Source of the DNA: Candidatus Bathyarchaeia archaeon
GTDB lineage: Archaea; Thermoproteota; Bathyarchaeia; Bathyarchaeales; Bathycorpusculaceae
Direction of reading: 5' to 3'
Length of the DNA: 64,000 nucleotides
Assembly (NCBI GenBank): GCA_038727135.1
Contig: JAVYWL010000002.1
Span: 128,001-192,000 of the forward strand
The notes beneath the pieces were generated by a model, which worked only from the letters and a program-made list of their open reading frames with translations, was not told the DNA's origin and did no database searches. A program made the translations under genes and the position numbers. Positions 30,481-39,527 of the stretch are shown one piece after another (position 1 is the first letter of the stretch; every line of letters starts with the position of its first letter).

Positions 30481-31191
30481 ATGGAATCCGCATTAAAAGT
30501 TTATAGCCAAAGCTGGCGAGACCCAGAAAAAGCCTACAAAGAAAGACGCTTCACCATCCGCCAACAACTGCCAACCATGCCAGCTCATCAGCTCCAAAAC
30601 CGCATCAACAGCCTAAACGAAGAAATCGAAATCTTAAAAACCGAAATAAAAGAATGCGAGGAAGCCATCCGCCAACTAAAACATGGAAAAAAGTCAGAAA
30701 ACGCCTACCGCAAATTCAACATTCATCCATCCCTAACCGACACAACAAGCAACCTCATTGAAAAGTTTAAGGCTGAAATCAAATGGCGAAAACAAACAGC
30801 TAAATGGATTAGGCGGGAAAGAGCCATCTACCTCTGGGAACAAAGACTACGAAAAACAAAAGCCCTAAAACTCCCTATCCTTAAACACCAACAAAAAACT
30901 CTAAGCCAAAGGACCCTCGCCCTTCTCACGCAAATGAAGAGACATGCAGAAGAGCTGCAGAGCTTACATGAAGACTACCAGAAAACAGTCAGCCAATACC
31001 ACGCCCTGAAACAACAAATAAACCAGCTTGACTTCAATGGCCTAACCACCTATGAAAACGAAAGATGGGTGGAAACATCAATTTCAAGTGACCTTTTCCG
31101 AAAGCTGAACGAGGCTTTTAAGTGCATACCGGTGGACCGATGCTTTTCAAATGTAGAGGGGGGAGGGGTAGGTGAAAACGATAGGGGGTAG
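30481..31191 (+). CDS. Coiled-coil hypothetical protein
   Basis: Heptad-rich ORF with a GGAG motif upstream. Confidence 0.7.
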   Translation: MESALKVYSQSWRDPEKAYKERRFTIRQQLPTMPAHQLQNRINSLNEEIEILKTEIKECEEAIRQLKHGKKSENAYRKFNIHPSLTDTTSNLIEKFKAEIKWRKQTAKWIRRERAIYLWEQRLRKTKALKLPILKHQQKTLSQRTLALLTQMKRHAEELQSLHEDYQKTVSQYHALKQQINQLDFNGLTTYENERWVETSISSDLFRKLNEAFKCIPVDRCFSNVEGGGVGENDRG

Positions 31192-31218
31192 GTATAGGTC
31201 AAATTTGAGGCGTAATTT

Positions 31219-31641
31219 ATGCCAAAAGGAAAGCCATGGACAATAGAAGAAGAAAAACAATTAAAGGACCTCGTCTTAAGAGCTTCAAGCCGACAGACAT
31301 AGCCGCCAAAATGGGCAAAACCAAAGACGCAGTTTTAAAGAAAATAGAAAGAATTGGATTAAAAGTAGTCCAACCGCAAAGCATAGGGTCGACTACTACC
31401 TCTGAACTAATGATGCCAAAAGAACTCCCAAGCGTAGAAGAAACCTAAAATTATTAGTTGCAGCCATAAACGCCCTACAAACCCCAAACCTAAGCAAGGC
31501 AGAAATCGCAAGACTACGCACAATGATAACAGCCGTAAAAACCTATAAGAGTTGCTCGCAGACTACATAAACTACCGCCAAATAGAAAACCGCCTACTCG
31601 AAATGGAACAGAAATACACGGAACTTGTAGCAAAAGTTTGA
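31219..31641 (+). pseudogene. Frameshifted HTH protein (three frameshifts; pseudogene or sequencing errors)
   Basis: Stitched reading: MPKGKPWTIEEEKQLKDLV / KPTDIAAKMGKTKDAVLKKIERIGL...ELPSVEET / LKLLVAAINALQTPNL...AVKTY / ELLADYINYRQIENRLLEME. Confidence 0.7.
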
Positions 31642-31830
31642 TAAAAATGGACGATTACGCATCAGCAACCACAATTTACTAGTTTGAGCCAAAAATCTTC
31701 AACCTCGCTACTGCGTATTAAACGAAACAGAACTGCGCTTTAGATTTTGTCAAGTAAAAACAAACATCTTAAAGCACTAAAGGAGTAAAGTAAATATTGT
31801 GAATATTAATTCTATATCAGATACCTTATT

Positions 31831-32244
31831 ATGGGCGTAAAAAGAAAATCAAAAAATGCCAAAAAAGTGATGAGTATGAGCCAGAAAACAAAAGAAGAAT
31901 ACGTTGAATTTCTAAATCTGCTTAGGATTTTCATTTCGATGTTAAGAGAAAACGGAAACTTAATTACAAAAATGGGTGAAATAGAGAAGAAATATCCAAA
32001 AGAATTCAAATTAATGAAAGAATTTTCAACAGAAAAGTTAGACGTTTTCATTGAAAAAGCCCCACCCGAGATTGCGGGCTTATTCCTTAAAATAATGCTT
32101 AGGGCCGCTGCAATCGGCCCCAAAACCAGCAAGGCTATGGAACTATCAGCAGATGAAAAACTTGAACTTGGTAAACAAATAGCCGAACTAGTCAAAGATA
32201 TGGAAAAACTTTTGAAAAAAATAGAGGAGGAGAGTAATAAATGA
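31831..32244 (+). CDS. Hypothetical helical protein (low-GC cargo)
   Basis: ATGA overlap with the next gene. Confidence 0.65.
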   Translation: MGVKRKSKNAKKVMSMSQKTKEEYVEFLNLLRIFISMLRENGNLITKMGEIEKKYPKEFKLMKEFSTEKLDVFIEKAPPEIAGLFLKIMLRAAAIGPKTSKAMELSADEKLELGKQIAELVKDMEKLLKKIEEESNK

Positions 32245-32609
32245 TCAGCGAACCTCAAATATTGTTCACTAACTTATGGTCATCTATAAAGCAAAGAGCA
32301 ATTTCAGTAATATTTCCATCATATCTGCAGCAGTTTATAGAAAAAACATCTCAATATATCTACACAAAATTAACTGGCGCTTTTGCCTTAAGATCTGAAA
32401 TATTGCTGACGCAGAAAATGCTAAAACCAATCATGGAACCTGGCGATTATTATCAGAGGGTATACCTAAGGTCTCTTGTAGGTCTTCCACCAGTTCCCAA
32501 AGCTAAGGCAGAAAAAGTAAGTGTAAAAAATCTTAAAGGTTGTATATCTTGGATCTCTACAAGCAAGATCGACGTGACTGAACTAATTCGAGAAATTCGG
32601 GATAGCTAA
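32241..32609 (+). CDS. Hypothetical protein, possible antitoxin
   Basis: C-terminal DVTELIREIRD resembles archaeal VapB tails; coupled to the PIN gene. Confidence 0.55.
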   Translation: MISEPQILFTNLWSSIKQRAISVIFPSYLQQFIEKTSQYIYTKLTGAFALRSEILLTQKMLKPIMEPGDYYQRVYLRSLVGLPPVPKAKAEKVSVKNLKGCISWISTSKIDVTELIREIRDS

Positions 32610-33259
32610 TGGCAGGTCAGCCATCCACAAGAATCTATGTAGATACAAACATTCTTGTTTCCTATTTATTAGGCGAAAAAGACGAAAATTTCGAGCTTGC
32701 AGAAAGAGTATTTCAAGATGTTGAAAATGGCAAATACACAATGTTAATTTCAAACTTCACTCTTATGGAAACCCTGCATGCATTAAGGACAATAATAACG
32801 AGAAGAAAATATCAAGAACTTAAAAATGGATTGTCTCAAAGTGAGTTGATTAATATCGCAAATTCAAAAGAGTTCGCGCAAACTGTAAATGAAGAAAGCA
32901 TGAAAGCCTTTAAAGTAATTGTAGACAAAATAACAAGCGATTCTCAGCATTTCGTTTTTGAACCTGACACCTTAGTCTATCCTGGAGAGATGTTCTCCAG
33001 AGGCTTGCAGATACTTTTATCAACAACGGGTTTATTTCGTGTTTTTAGATTCCGCTGCCAAAAGTGCAACGGTTACATCAAATGTTCTCGGTGCAAAGTA
33101 AATAGTGAAATAGTCTACAAAGAAATAAATGCACCAGATCTCATTCACCTTTATATAGCTGAAATACTTCAATGCGAACAATTTTTCACAATGGATAAAT
33201 ATTTTGCAAATATTCCCGAAAAGAGTCAGCGAATAAAAATTGAAGTGCTGGAAAAGTAA
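32609..33259 (+). CDS. PIN-domain nuclease with an inserted Cys4 motif
   Basis: YVDTNIL, TLMET, DLIHL and FFTMD motifs; CQKC...CSRC. Confidence 0.85.
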   Translation: MAGQPSTRIYVDTNILVSYLLGEKDENFELAERVFQDVENGKYTMLISNFTLMETLHALRTIITRRKYQELKNGLSQSELINIANSKEFAQTVNEESMKAFKVIVDKITSDSQHFVFEPDTLVYPGEMFSRGLQILLSTTGLFRVFRFRCQKCNGYIKCSRCKVNSEIVYKEINAPDLIHLYIAEILQCEQFFTMDKYFANIPEKSQRIKIEVLEK

Positions 33260-33347
33260 CAACAAATCCTTTTATAAAACGTAAAGAAATAAAAGGGGGA
33301 TTTGCGGGAGATTTTAGATTCTGCTCTGTTTTCTCCAGTTTTAAGCA

Positions 33348-33371
33348 GGTTCAAATCCCACCCCCCGCACT
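33348..33371 (+). repeat. attR, duplicate of the tRNA-Leu 3' end
   Basis: Exact 24-bp match to 22241-22264. Confidence 0.95.
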
Positions 33372-33481
33372 TTAACAAGAACCCCCCCGCATGTCTATAG
33401 GAAGCTAGGTTCTATACTTCGAAGTTTTGGCGAAGTTTTCATTATTAAATGGCAACGGAGTCTCATTACAAACTGGAATGA

Positions 33482-33555
33482 TGGACCGGGCGGGATTTGA
33501 ACCCGCGACCTCCCGAGTGCGAGTCGGGCGTTCATACCAGCTGAACTACCGGCCC
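33482..33555 (-). tRNA. tRNA-Ala(CGC)
   Basis: Acceptor GGGCCGG/CCGGTCC-A with G3:U70; anticodon arm CCCGA-CTCGCAC-TCGGG. Confidence 0.95.
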
Positions 33556-33621
33556 AATGCAGAGGCTTCTTCATAGTGATGTGTTGGTGAACGTTTTTAT
33601 TTCTGTTTTCATTTATTGCTC

Positions 33622-33687
33622 TTGCCGGATGATGAAAAGGCATTAGATTGACTGTGGGATGAAATTTCAGAGTTACTCGGACGGCAA
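33622..33687 (+). ncRNA. Candidate box C/D sRNA
   Basis: Terminal stem TTGCCG/CGGCAA; box C ATGATGA, D' TTGA, C' GGGATGA, D-like CGGA; guide UCAGAGUUACU is complementary to the LSU helix 69 consensus as recalled. Confidence 0.7.
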
Positions 33688-33692
33688 CTTCC

Positions 33693-34887
33693 TTAAATTA
33701 TTGTTAGTGATTCAAGGTCTCGCGGGTAGTATGTGAGGAGTTCACAGCCATCCTTTGTCACCAGTATGGTGTCTGAGTGGCGGAATCCGGCGAATCCTGT
33801 TTCGTATATTCCCGGCTCACAACTTACTACCATTCTGGCTCTTAGCTTTTCTTTATTGCCCAAGGTCTAGCCATGGGGGTTCATGACCTTCCAGTCCTAG
33901 GCCATGTCCGGTATGATGTCTTATAAGATGGGTTAAGTTGGCTTTTTTGAATACGTTTATTGAGGCTTTGTCCACTTCGCTGCATTCAGCGCCATCCCTT
34001 ATTTTTTGGATGGCGGCTTCTTGGGCTTTTACCATAACCTGGAAGTAGCGTTTTTGTTTAGCGGAAGGTTTGCCGATAATCATTGTGCGTTCAAGTTCGC
34101 AGCTGTAACCGCCTATTTCTACGCTTGCTTCAGCTATTACGACATCTCCGCTTTTAATTCTACGCTTTGTCCCGATGGCGTGGGGTATGGCGCTCATTTC
34201 ACCGATTTGCCCTCTAAAGCCTGCTGATACTGGGAGAATATTTCTTAAAGGTTCGAAATCAGCACCTAAAGTCTTCTTCATTATGCCGGATGCATCTAGC
34301 GAGGCGGCCAGAGCCACTTCCACGTCCCACGCGCCCTCTGTAATATACTCTTGTAGTAGGGACACCGCTAGATTCGCCCACTTGGAGCTTTCTTTTATCA
34401 AGGCGATTTCGGCTGGAGACTTAATAAGCCGCATTTTTGGCACAAGATCGGCCATGTTCACAAATTTTGCCTCTGGCAGTTTTCGCGTTATGGGTGGCCC
34501 TTTGTATCCCCATATGCCGGTGGCTCCTGCTTTATTGTCTATGCCTATGCGTTTATTCGCTAATCCCATCTCTCTTAGGAATTCTGCAAAATGTTCTATT
34601 GGATGCTTTTCGCCGGGGTAGTCAAGATATGTTTTAACCTCCTCAATTAGCCTTGTTTTTAATGGAACATGATCTTTTTCTAGCAGCGGTCCCATGAAGG
34701 TTATTTTTCCGTCAAGCGGAATAACCAGCGCTGCGGGTCTCTCGGTGGATATGAAGGAGTATCCCGTCAAATAGAAGATGCTTGTGGTGTTTGTTAAGTA
34801 TAGGGCGTCAAGCCTTCTTCGCTGAAGAACTTTTCTGACGGTTTCTATGCGCTTTTTATATTCGCTTTCGCTTATAGAAAGCTCCAC
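33693..34887 (-). pseudogene. Xaa-Pro aminopeptidase (M24B) with a +1 frameshift near 33860
   Basis: HHTGHGLGLEGHEPP then a stop; the shifted frame continues MVVSCEPGIY...FRHSDTILVT to TAA at 33693. Confidence 0.82.
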
Positions 34888-35001
34888 AAACAGTTTCTCC
34901 GTTTTGCTTTAAGACTTGTATTTTCTGGTGCGGTTAAATGCTTTTCTAAAAAGTTAGGCTTTTAAGAGCACATATCATAAAAGGATAGTTGGCGGTTAAA
35001 T

Positions 35002-35469
35002 TTGGCGAAGGCTTCTAAAAAACCGAAAGAGCTTGACCAAACGCTTTTGGAATCCACCTTAAAGGGGAAGACGCTAATTGTTTACTGGTACATGCTCCAG
35101 CAACCGGACCGCACCGTCGGTGTCCGCGAGGTACAAAGGGCCTTAAAGTTTTCCAGTCCAAGCATAGCGGTTCACCACCTTGAAAAACTGGAAGAGTTGG
35201 GCCTCGTTAGGAAAAAGCCGACAGGCGAATACACGCTTAAGGAAGAGGTTAAAATTGGAATTTTACGTTTCTTTGCTCGCATGGGACGACTCATGGTTCC
35301 TCGCTTCTTGTTCTATTCGGTTCTATTTACAACTATGTTAGCCACTTACATTGCGTTGTGCGTTTTAGGCCAAGTTTGGCCGAACCTTTATGCCGTCATG
35401 TTTGGATTTATCGCCGCCGTAGCCTTCTGGATTGAGACAATTCGCGTTTGGAGGGCGAAACCGTTTTGA
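35002..35469 (+). CDS. Membrane-anchored winged-HTH transcription regulator
   Basis: GVREVQRALKFSSPSIAVHHLEKL followed by two C-terminal TM helices. Confidence 0.8.
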   Translation: MAKASKKPKELDQTLLESTLKGKTLIVYWYMLQQPDRTVGVREVQRALKFSSPSIAVHHLEKLEELGLVRKKPTGEYTLKEEVKIGILRFFARMGRLMVPRFLFYSVLFTTMLATYIALCVLGQVWPNLYAVMFGFIAAVAFWIETIRVWRAKPF

Positions 35470-35545
35470 AAAAGCGTTCGAGAGCCGTTCTAAAATCTAG
35501 ATTTAAAAGGCTGAAAAATCTTAGCAGTCGTAAAGGCGAGGCGCT

Positions 35546-35818
35546 TTGAGGAAAGGCTTGACTTACTCCTTAATTGCGGTGATTCTCGGAGTACTGGCGA
35601 TTGTAGTTCCGCTATTTCTTGCACCAACCACAGACACGGGTTTTGGAGCCGAGCTTGTCCCTCAAACTCTCTCGGAGAGGATGAAAAGTCTTGAGGAGCG
35701 TTATGGACTCGGCGAGGCCCCAACGCAAAGCTACTTTGTCGGATTATTAACTGTGGCAATTGGCTTCTTAGCCGCTGTGGCTGCCTACTCCATTGTTAAG
35801 GCTATATTCTTTCATTAG
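35546..35818 (+). CDS. Small two-TM membrane protein
   Basis: Hydrophobic N- and C-termini. Confidence 0.65.
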   Translation: MRKGLTYSLIAVILGVLAIVVPLFLAPTTDTGFGAELVPQTLSERMKSLEERYGLGEAPTQSYFVGLLTVAIGFLAAVAAYSIVKAIFFH

Positions 35819-35894
35819 TTCTTCTTGTTCCAGTTTTGGTACAATAACGTTCTAAACCATGGTATTATAGGCTAATCATCGCAACATTTTTTCG

Positions 35895-36620
35895 GTGGAA
35901 AAGATGTGGATTAGAAAGAAAGAGATATTTGCGGCAATAATCCTCGGCGCTGTTGTAGTTTTGCTCATTTGCTATCCAAGTATGATGGGTGAATTAAATG
36001 GGACATTTTATAGGGGAGGCAGTCTTTCAGAGTGGGCTTTAGCGCCGAAAAACAGCGATTCTGCTCTATCCCAGCGCTCTCAAGTCATAGCCGAAACTAT
36101 TGAAGGCGAGCTTGAAAAAGGAGCCTTTGAAAATGTTGTCAGCAGCCTACAAGCTATGACGGAGCATAAAGGTGGATATGTTAAGTCTCTACGCATGACT
36201 TACGTTGACGGGTCATGGAGTGGCCAGCTAATCTGCAAGCTGCCTCCAGAAAATGTGACATCCTTTACTTTCAAGGTTAGAGAAATCATCGAAGCAAACG
36301 GCACAGTTACATATATCAACATAAGCAAAGAAGAAATTGAACAAACCCAACAGCAGCCTCAAGAACTTGTTTACTCAACAATATACATAAACTTGAAAGA
36401 GGAAAAGCCTCAAAATGGAAATGGAATTTCAGCCTCTTTGGTACCTGTTATCGAGTTTCTCTCTAAGGGTTTGCTTTTGATCGCCCAAGGCGTCATGATT
36501 GGTCTGCCAATATGTTTCGCCTCGCTTGGTGTAATTCTGCTCGTGAGTAGGGGTCTACTGCCTATTTGGAAAAACTTGTTCAAAAAACCAAAGGTGACCA
36601 CCACAGCTTCTGCCGAATAA
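35895..36620 (+). CDS. DUF4349-like membrane protein
   Basis: N-terminal TM helix, GGYV, ICKLP, YSTIYINLKE and C-terminal TM helices. Confidence 0.65.
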   Translation: MEKMWIRKKEIFAAIILGAVVVLLICYPSMMGELNGTFYRGGSLSEWALAPKNSDSALSQRSQVIAETIEGELEKGAFENVVSSLQAMTEHKGGYVKSLRMTYVDGSWSGQLICKLPPENVTSFTFKVREIIEANGTVTYINISKEEIEQTQQQPQELVYSTIYINLKEEKPQNGNGISASLVPVIEFLSKGLLLIAQGVMIGLPICFASLGVILLVSRGLLPIWKNLFKKPKVTTTASAE

Positions 36621-37140
36621 ACATTAAACTTTGAATTTCTTTCTTTGCTGAGTTTATGCATAATTGGAGAAACTTGTTTAGGCTTAACCCCAATTCAGCG
36701 CACTTCATTATGTTGGCTTTGTGCCATGGCATAGTCTTCGACGCATCTGTTATTTCAGCTCGGAAAGTTTTAACGGTTAACTCCTTTTTGGCTTCCATGA
36801 TTTTTTCAATTATAGTAGCCGCAGAGTCCGCAGCTATCAGCGCTTCGTCGAGCCTGCTTTTGGGTTTAAATCCAGTCCTATAATCATGCGCTTTTATCGC
36901 GTAAATCGCTCCTTTTGGGAGTCTTCCCTTCAGCTTTTCTGCGGCAACGATGCCATGTTTTTGCATATCCCCTTTAACTTCGTCGTAATCAATGTCGTAG
37001 AGCAAGCCGACAATTTTCCAAAGGCGTGTATCCTCTTTTAGTTCCTCAGCCATTTCAGCCATAATAGCGGAGACAAGCAGGGCGTGGGCACATTTGCTAG
37101 TGTTTTTGATAAGCTGTATGGCTTCCTCTTCAGATATCAC
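36580..37140 (-). CDS. HD/HDIG-domain protein (HD motif reads YD)
   Basis: GLLYDIDY, HG, AIKAH and LIAAD motifs. Confidence 0.8.
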   Translation of the reverse strand: MISEEEAIQLIKNTSKCAHALLVSAIMAEMAEELKEDTRLWKIVGLLYDIDYDEVKGDMQKHGIVAAEKLKGRLPKGAIYAIKAHDYRTGFKPKSRLDEALIAADSAATIIEKIMEAKKELTVKTFRAEITDASKTMPWHKANIMKCAELGLSLNKFLQLCINSAKKEIQSLMFIRQKLWWSPLVF

Positions 37141-37146
37141 CGCCAG

Positions 37147-37956
37147 CTATCCTTCTTTTTGGCCCATTTTTGTTGGTGAGGCTTTTAGGGCTTTTCTTGC
37201 GAAGGTTATGTAACCCGTGTGTGCCGTCATAAGCGTCTGGGGTCTTGTTTTGCCTCTTTCTGTTTGCATTCCCCGCATTAAACATTCAACGGTTTCTATG
37301 TCTATGAAGCTGTTCTCCCCTAGGGCTTCCGCAGTTTTAACCGCTTGGTCTATGGTTGGGCTAAAGGAAACCAGTGTACCACAAGGTTTTAGCGCCCTAT
37401 AGGCGTGGGGGACCACAAGCCATGGCGTCGCCATATCCAGTATGACGGCGTCTACGTCGACTTCGTCTATGCCAGAAGTAATATCCTTGTTTTTAAGTTC
37501 CACAAAATCCGCTAGGCCAGCCCGCTTAATGTTTTTCTCCGCAGTTTCAAGGAATTCGCTTCTGACCTCGTAGCTGTAGACGCGGCCGTTTGGCCTTACA
37601 TAATGGGCTAGGGCCATTGCTAATGCGCCTGTTCCTGTTCCAGCCTCCACAACGCGGCTTCCGGGGCCTATTCCGCTGAAGATTATGATTAGGGCTATGT
37701 CTTTTGGATAAGTGATTTGGGTTCTTCTGACAGCCTTCATTATGTAGTCGCGAAGTAGGGGCTTTAGCGCCGTGAACTTTACGCCGAGGCTGCTTATGAC
37801 GGTTGAGCCATACTCTTTGCCTATAATGTCGTCAAATTTTATGAAGCCTTTGTGGGTGTGGAAGGTTTTGCCAGCCTCAACCTTTACGAGGTATGTTCTT
37901 CTCTGGTCCAAGTATAAGAGGACGTAGTCGCCTTCCACTATTTTTTGATTTTGCAA
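37147..37956 (-). CDS. trmI: tRNA (adenine-N1)-methyltransferase, m1A57/58
   Basis: TQITYPKD, EAGTGTG, LDMATPW and HTGYI motifs. Confidence 0.93.
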   Translation of the reverse strand: MQNQKIVEGDYVLLYLDQRRTYLVKVEAGKTFHTHKGFIKFDDIIGKEYGSTVISSLGVKFTALKPLLRDYIMKAVRRTQITYPKDIALIIIFSGIGPGSRVVEAGTGTGALAMALAHYVRPNGRVYSYEVRSEFLETAEKNIKRAGLADFVELKNKDITSGIDEVDVDAVILDMATPWLVVPHAYRALKPCGTLVSFSPTIDQAVKTAEALGENSFIDIETVECLMRGMQTERGKTRPQTLMTAHTGYITFARKALKASPTKMGQKEG

Positions 37957-37968
37957 ACCCTTTCACGC

Positions 37969-39447
37969 TTATGGTGTGTATTTGAACGGATGTTTTGCCC
38001 TTTCCTTATTTTCTATTAGCTCGTCTATTGTTGGTCTTCCCTCTATAGCTTTTCTTATGGCGTGGCGCATAGCCTTATAATTGTTTATGTAAACACGTTG
38101 CCTATCTACTGCCGACGGGTGCACAAAAACATTCGCGATTATGATTAGGTCCTCCACGGCCTCTTTTGGAATTGTGCCGTCTGTAACGCTGTCCACGACG
38201 GCTTTTGCTACCGCTGTTTGGGCTGGTCCATAAACGAGGCTTGCTTGACGCATGCTGGTTATCGTAACTGTTGGAACGATAAGGGTTATGGGCTTGACGG
38301 TTAGATTTGGCTCCAATATAGCCAACAGTGGCTCATGCCCTGGCGTTGGGGTAGCCTTAGCCTTAACAAAGGCTGCGCCCACAGGGCCATCTTTTCTGCC
38401 GATTACTAGGTCTATGTGGGCTACCTCTGCACCCGAGCCGGCTAGTGCCTCGCCTACTCGGAGGTTAAAGTCTTTTATTATTTCTGGGGTTATGTCAACT
38501 GCCATGAAGCGTTGCTCTAGGGGTTTTTCTCCAATTTCGAAGATTACTGGTTTTGGCTCTATTTTGCCGATTTTCTCCAAGTCTAGGCGTAGTTCTTCCC
38601 GAGCCTCGTAAGTTAACTCTCCCCCGACGCTGAGGGGCTGTCTTACTGGGCCAACCTTTATTTTCATCATGTTTAGGGCGGCTTTAACTCCAACCGGTCC
38701 GCTTGCTGCTATTATGCGGGCTATTTTCTGAACTTTGTATTGGAGTTCGCGGGCTTTTTGCAGCTCGCCGTTTTTTATGTGGTTGTATATTTGGATCCAT
38801 ATGTCCGGTATGAAGTTGGCGCTTGCGAGTATGGCGCCTGAACATCCTGCAGCCAATGCTGCCACAACAACTTCGTCGTGTCCGCAAAGCACTTTGATTT
38901 TGTCTCTAGCTTTTTCCAGCACAGCCAGTATATAGCCTAGTTGCCCGCTGCTGTCTTTTAAGCCCACAATGTTTGGTATTTGAGCCAAGTCTTCAACCAT
39001 TTGCCATGTCAGTTGCACACCAGTGCACTGCGGAATGTTGTATAGTATTATGGGCATGTCAACCTTGCTTGCTATGGTGTCAAAGTGCTCGTATATTCCA
39101 CGGTCTGCTGGCTTCAAATAAAATGGTGTGACAATTAGGGCAGCGTCAGCGCCAACGTCTTTAGCGTATTTAGTCATTTCTAGGGCTTGGTCTGTTCCGC
39201 TTGCTCCTGTTCCGGCTATGACTGGAACTCGTCCATTAACCTCGTCTACAACAACTTTAATGACTTGTTTCCGCTCTTCAACTGTCATATTAATGAATTC
39301 GCCTGTTGTGCCGCATGGAACAACACCGTGGACGCCCAACTCTATGCAGCGGTTTACCAGAAATCGCAGTCTTTCCGTGTCAACGGCTTTTCCGTCGTCG
39401 GTGAAGGGCGTGACAAGAGCTGGGAAAATTCCTTCAGGCTTGAACAT
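37969..39447 (-). CDS. DapA/NAL-family class I aldolase fused to C-terminal formaldehyde-activating enzyme (Fae)
   Basis: N-terminal GTTGE, LYNIP and GLKDSS; C-terminal VGEAL, VAHIDLVIG, GPAQTAVAKAV, VFVHP, NNYKA and AKHPF. Confidence 0.88.
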   Translation of the reverse strand: MFKPEGIFPALVTPFTDDGKAVDTERLRFLVNRCIELGVHGVVPCGTTGEFINMTVEERKQVIKVVVDEVNGRVPVIAGTGASGTDQALEMTKYAKDVGADAALIVTPFYLKPADRGIYEHFDTIASKVDMPIILYNIPQCTGVQLTWQMVEDLAQIPNIVGLKDSSGQLGYILAVLEKARDKIKVLCGHDEVVVAALAAGCSGAILASANFIPDIWIQIYNHIKNGELQKARELQYKVQKIARIIAASGPVGVKAALNMMKIKVGPVRQPLSVGGELTYEAREELRLDLEKIGKIEPKPVIFEIGEKPLEQRFMAVDITPEIIKDFNLRVGEALAGSGAEVAHIDLVIGRKDGPVGAAFVKAKATPTPGHEPLLAILEPNLTVKPITLIVPTVTITSMRQASLVYGPAQTAVAKAVVDSVTDGTIPKEAVEDLIIIANVFVHPSAVDRQRVYINNYKAMRHAIRKAIEGRPTIDELIENKERAKHPFKYTP

Positions 39448-39527
39448 GCTTTTCCTCTCGAATTACCATAAATGTTAAACAATTTAAACTTTGAACTACA
39501 AATTATAGAATCTGTGGAGGAAACAGC

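Larger units (their letters stand above)
22241..33371. mobile_element. 11.1-kb integrative element at tRNA-Leu(TAG)
   Basis: Bounded by identical 24-bp direct repeats; contains a tyrosine integrase, an SF3 helicase, regulators and defence cargo. Confidence 0.93.

Noticed and set aside
33381-33391. Extra ACCCCCCCGCA just after attR
   Set aside because: Too short and low-complexity to call a second att site
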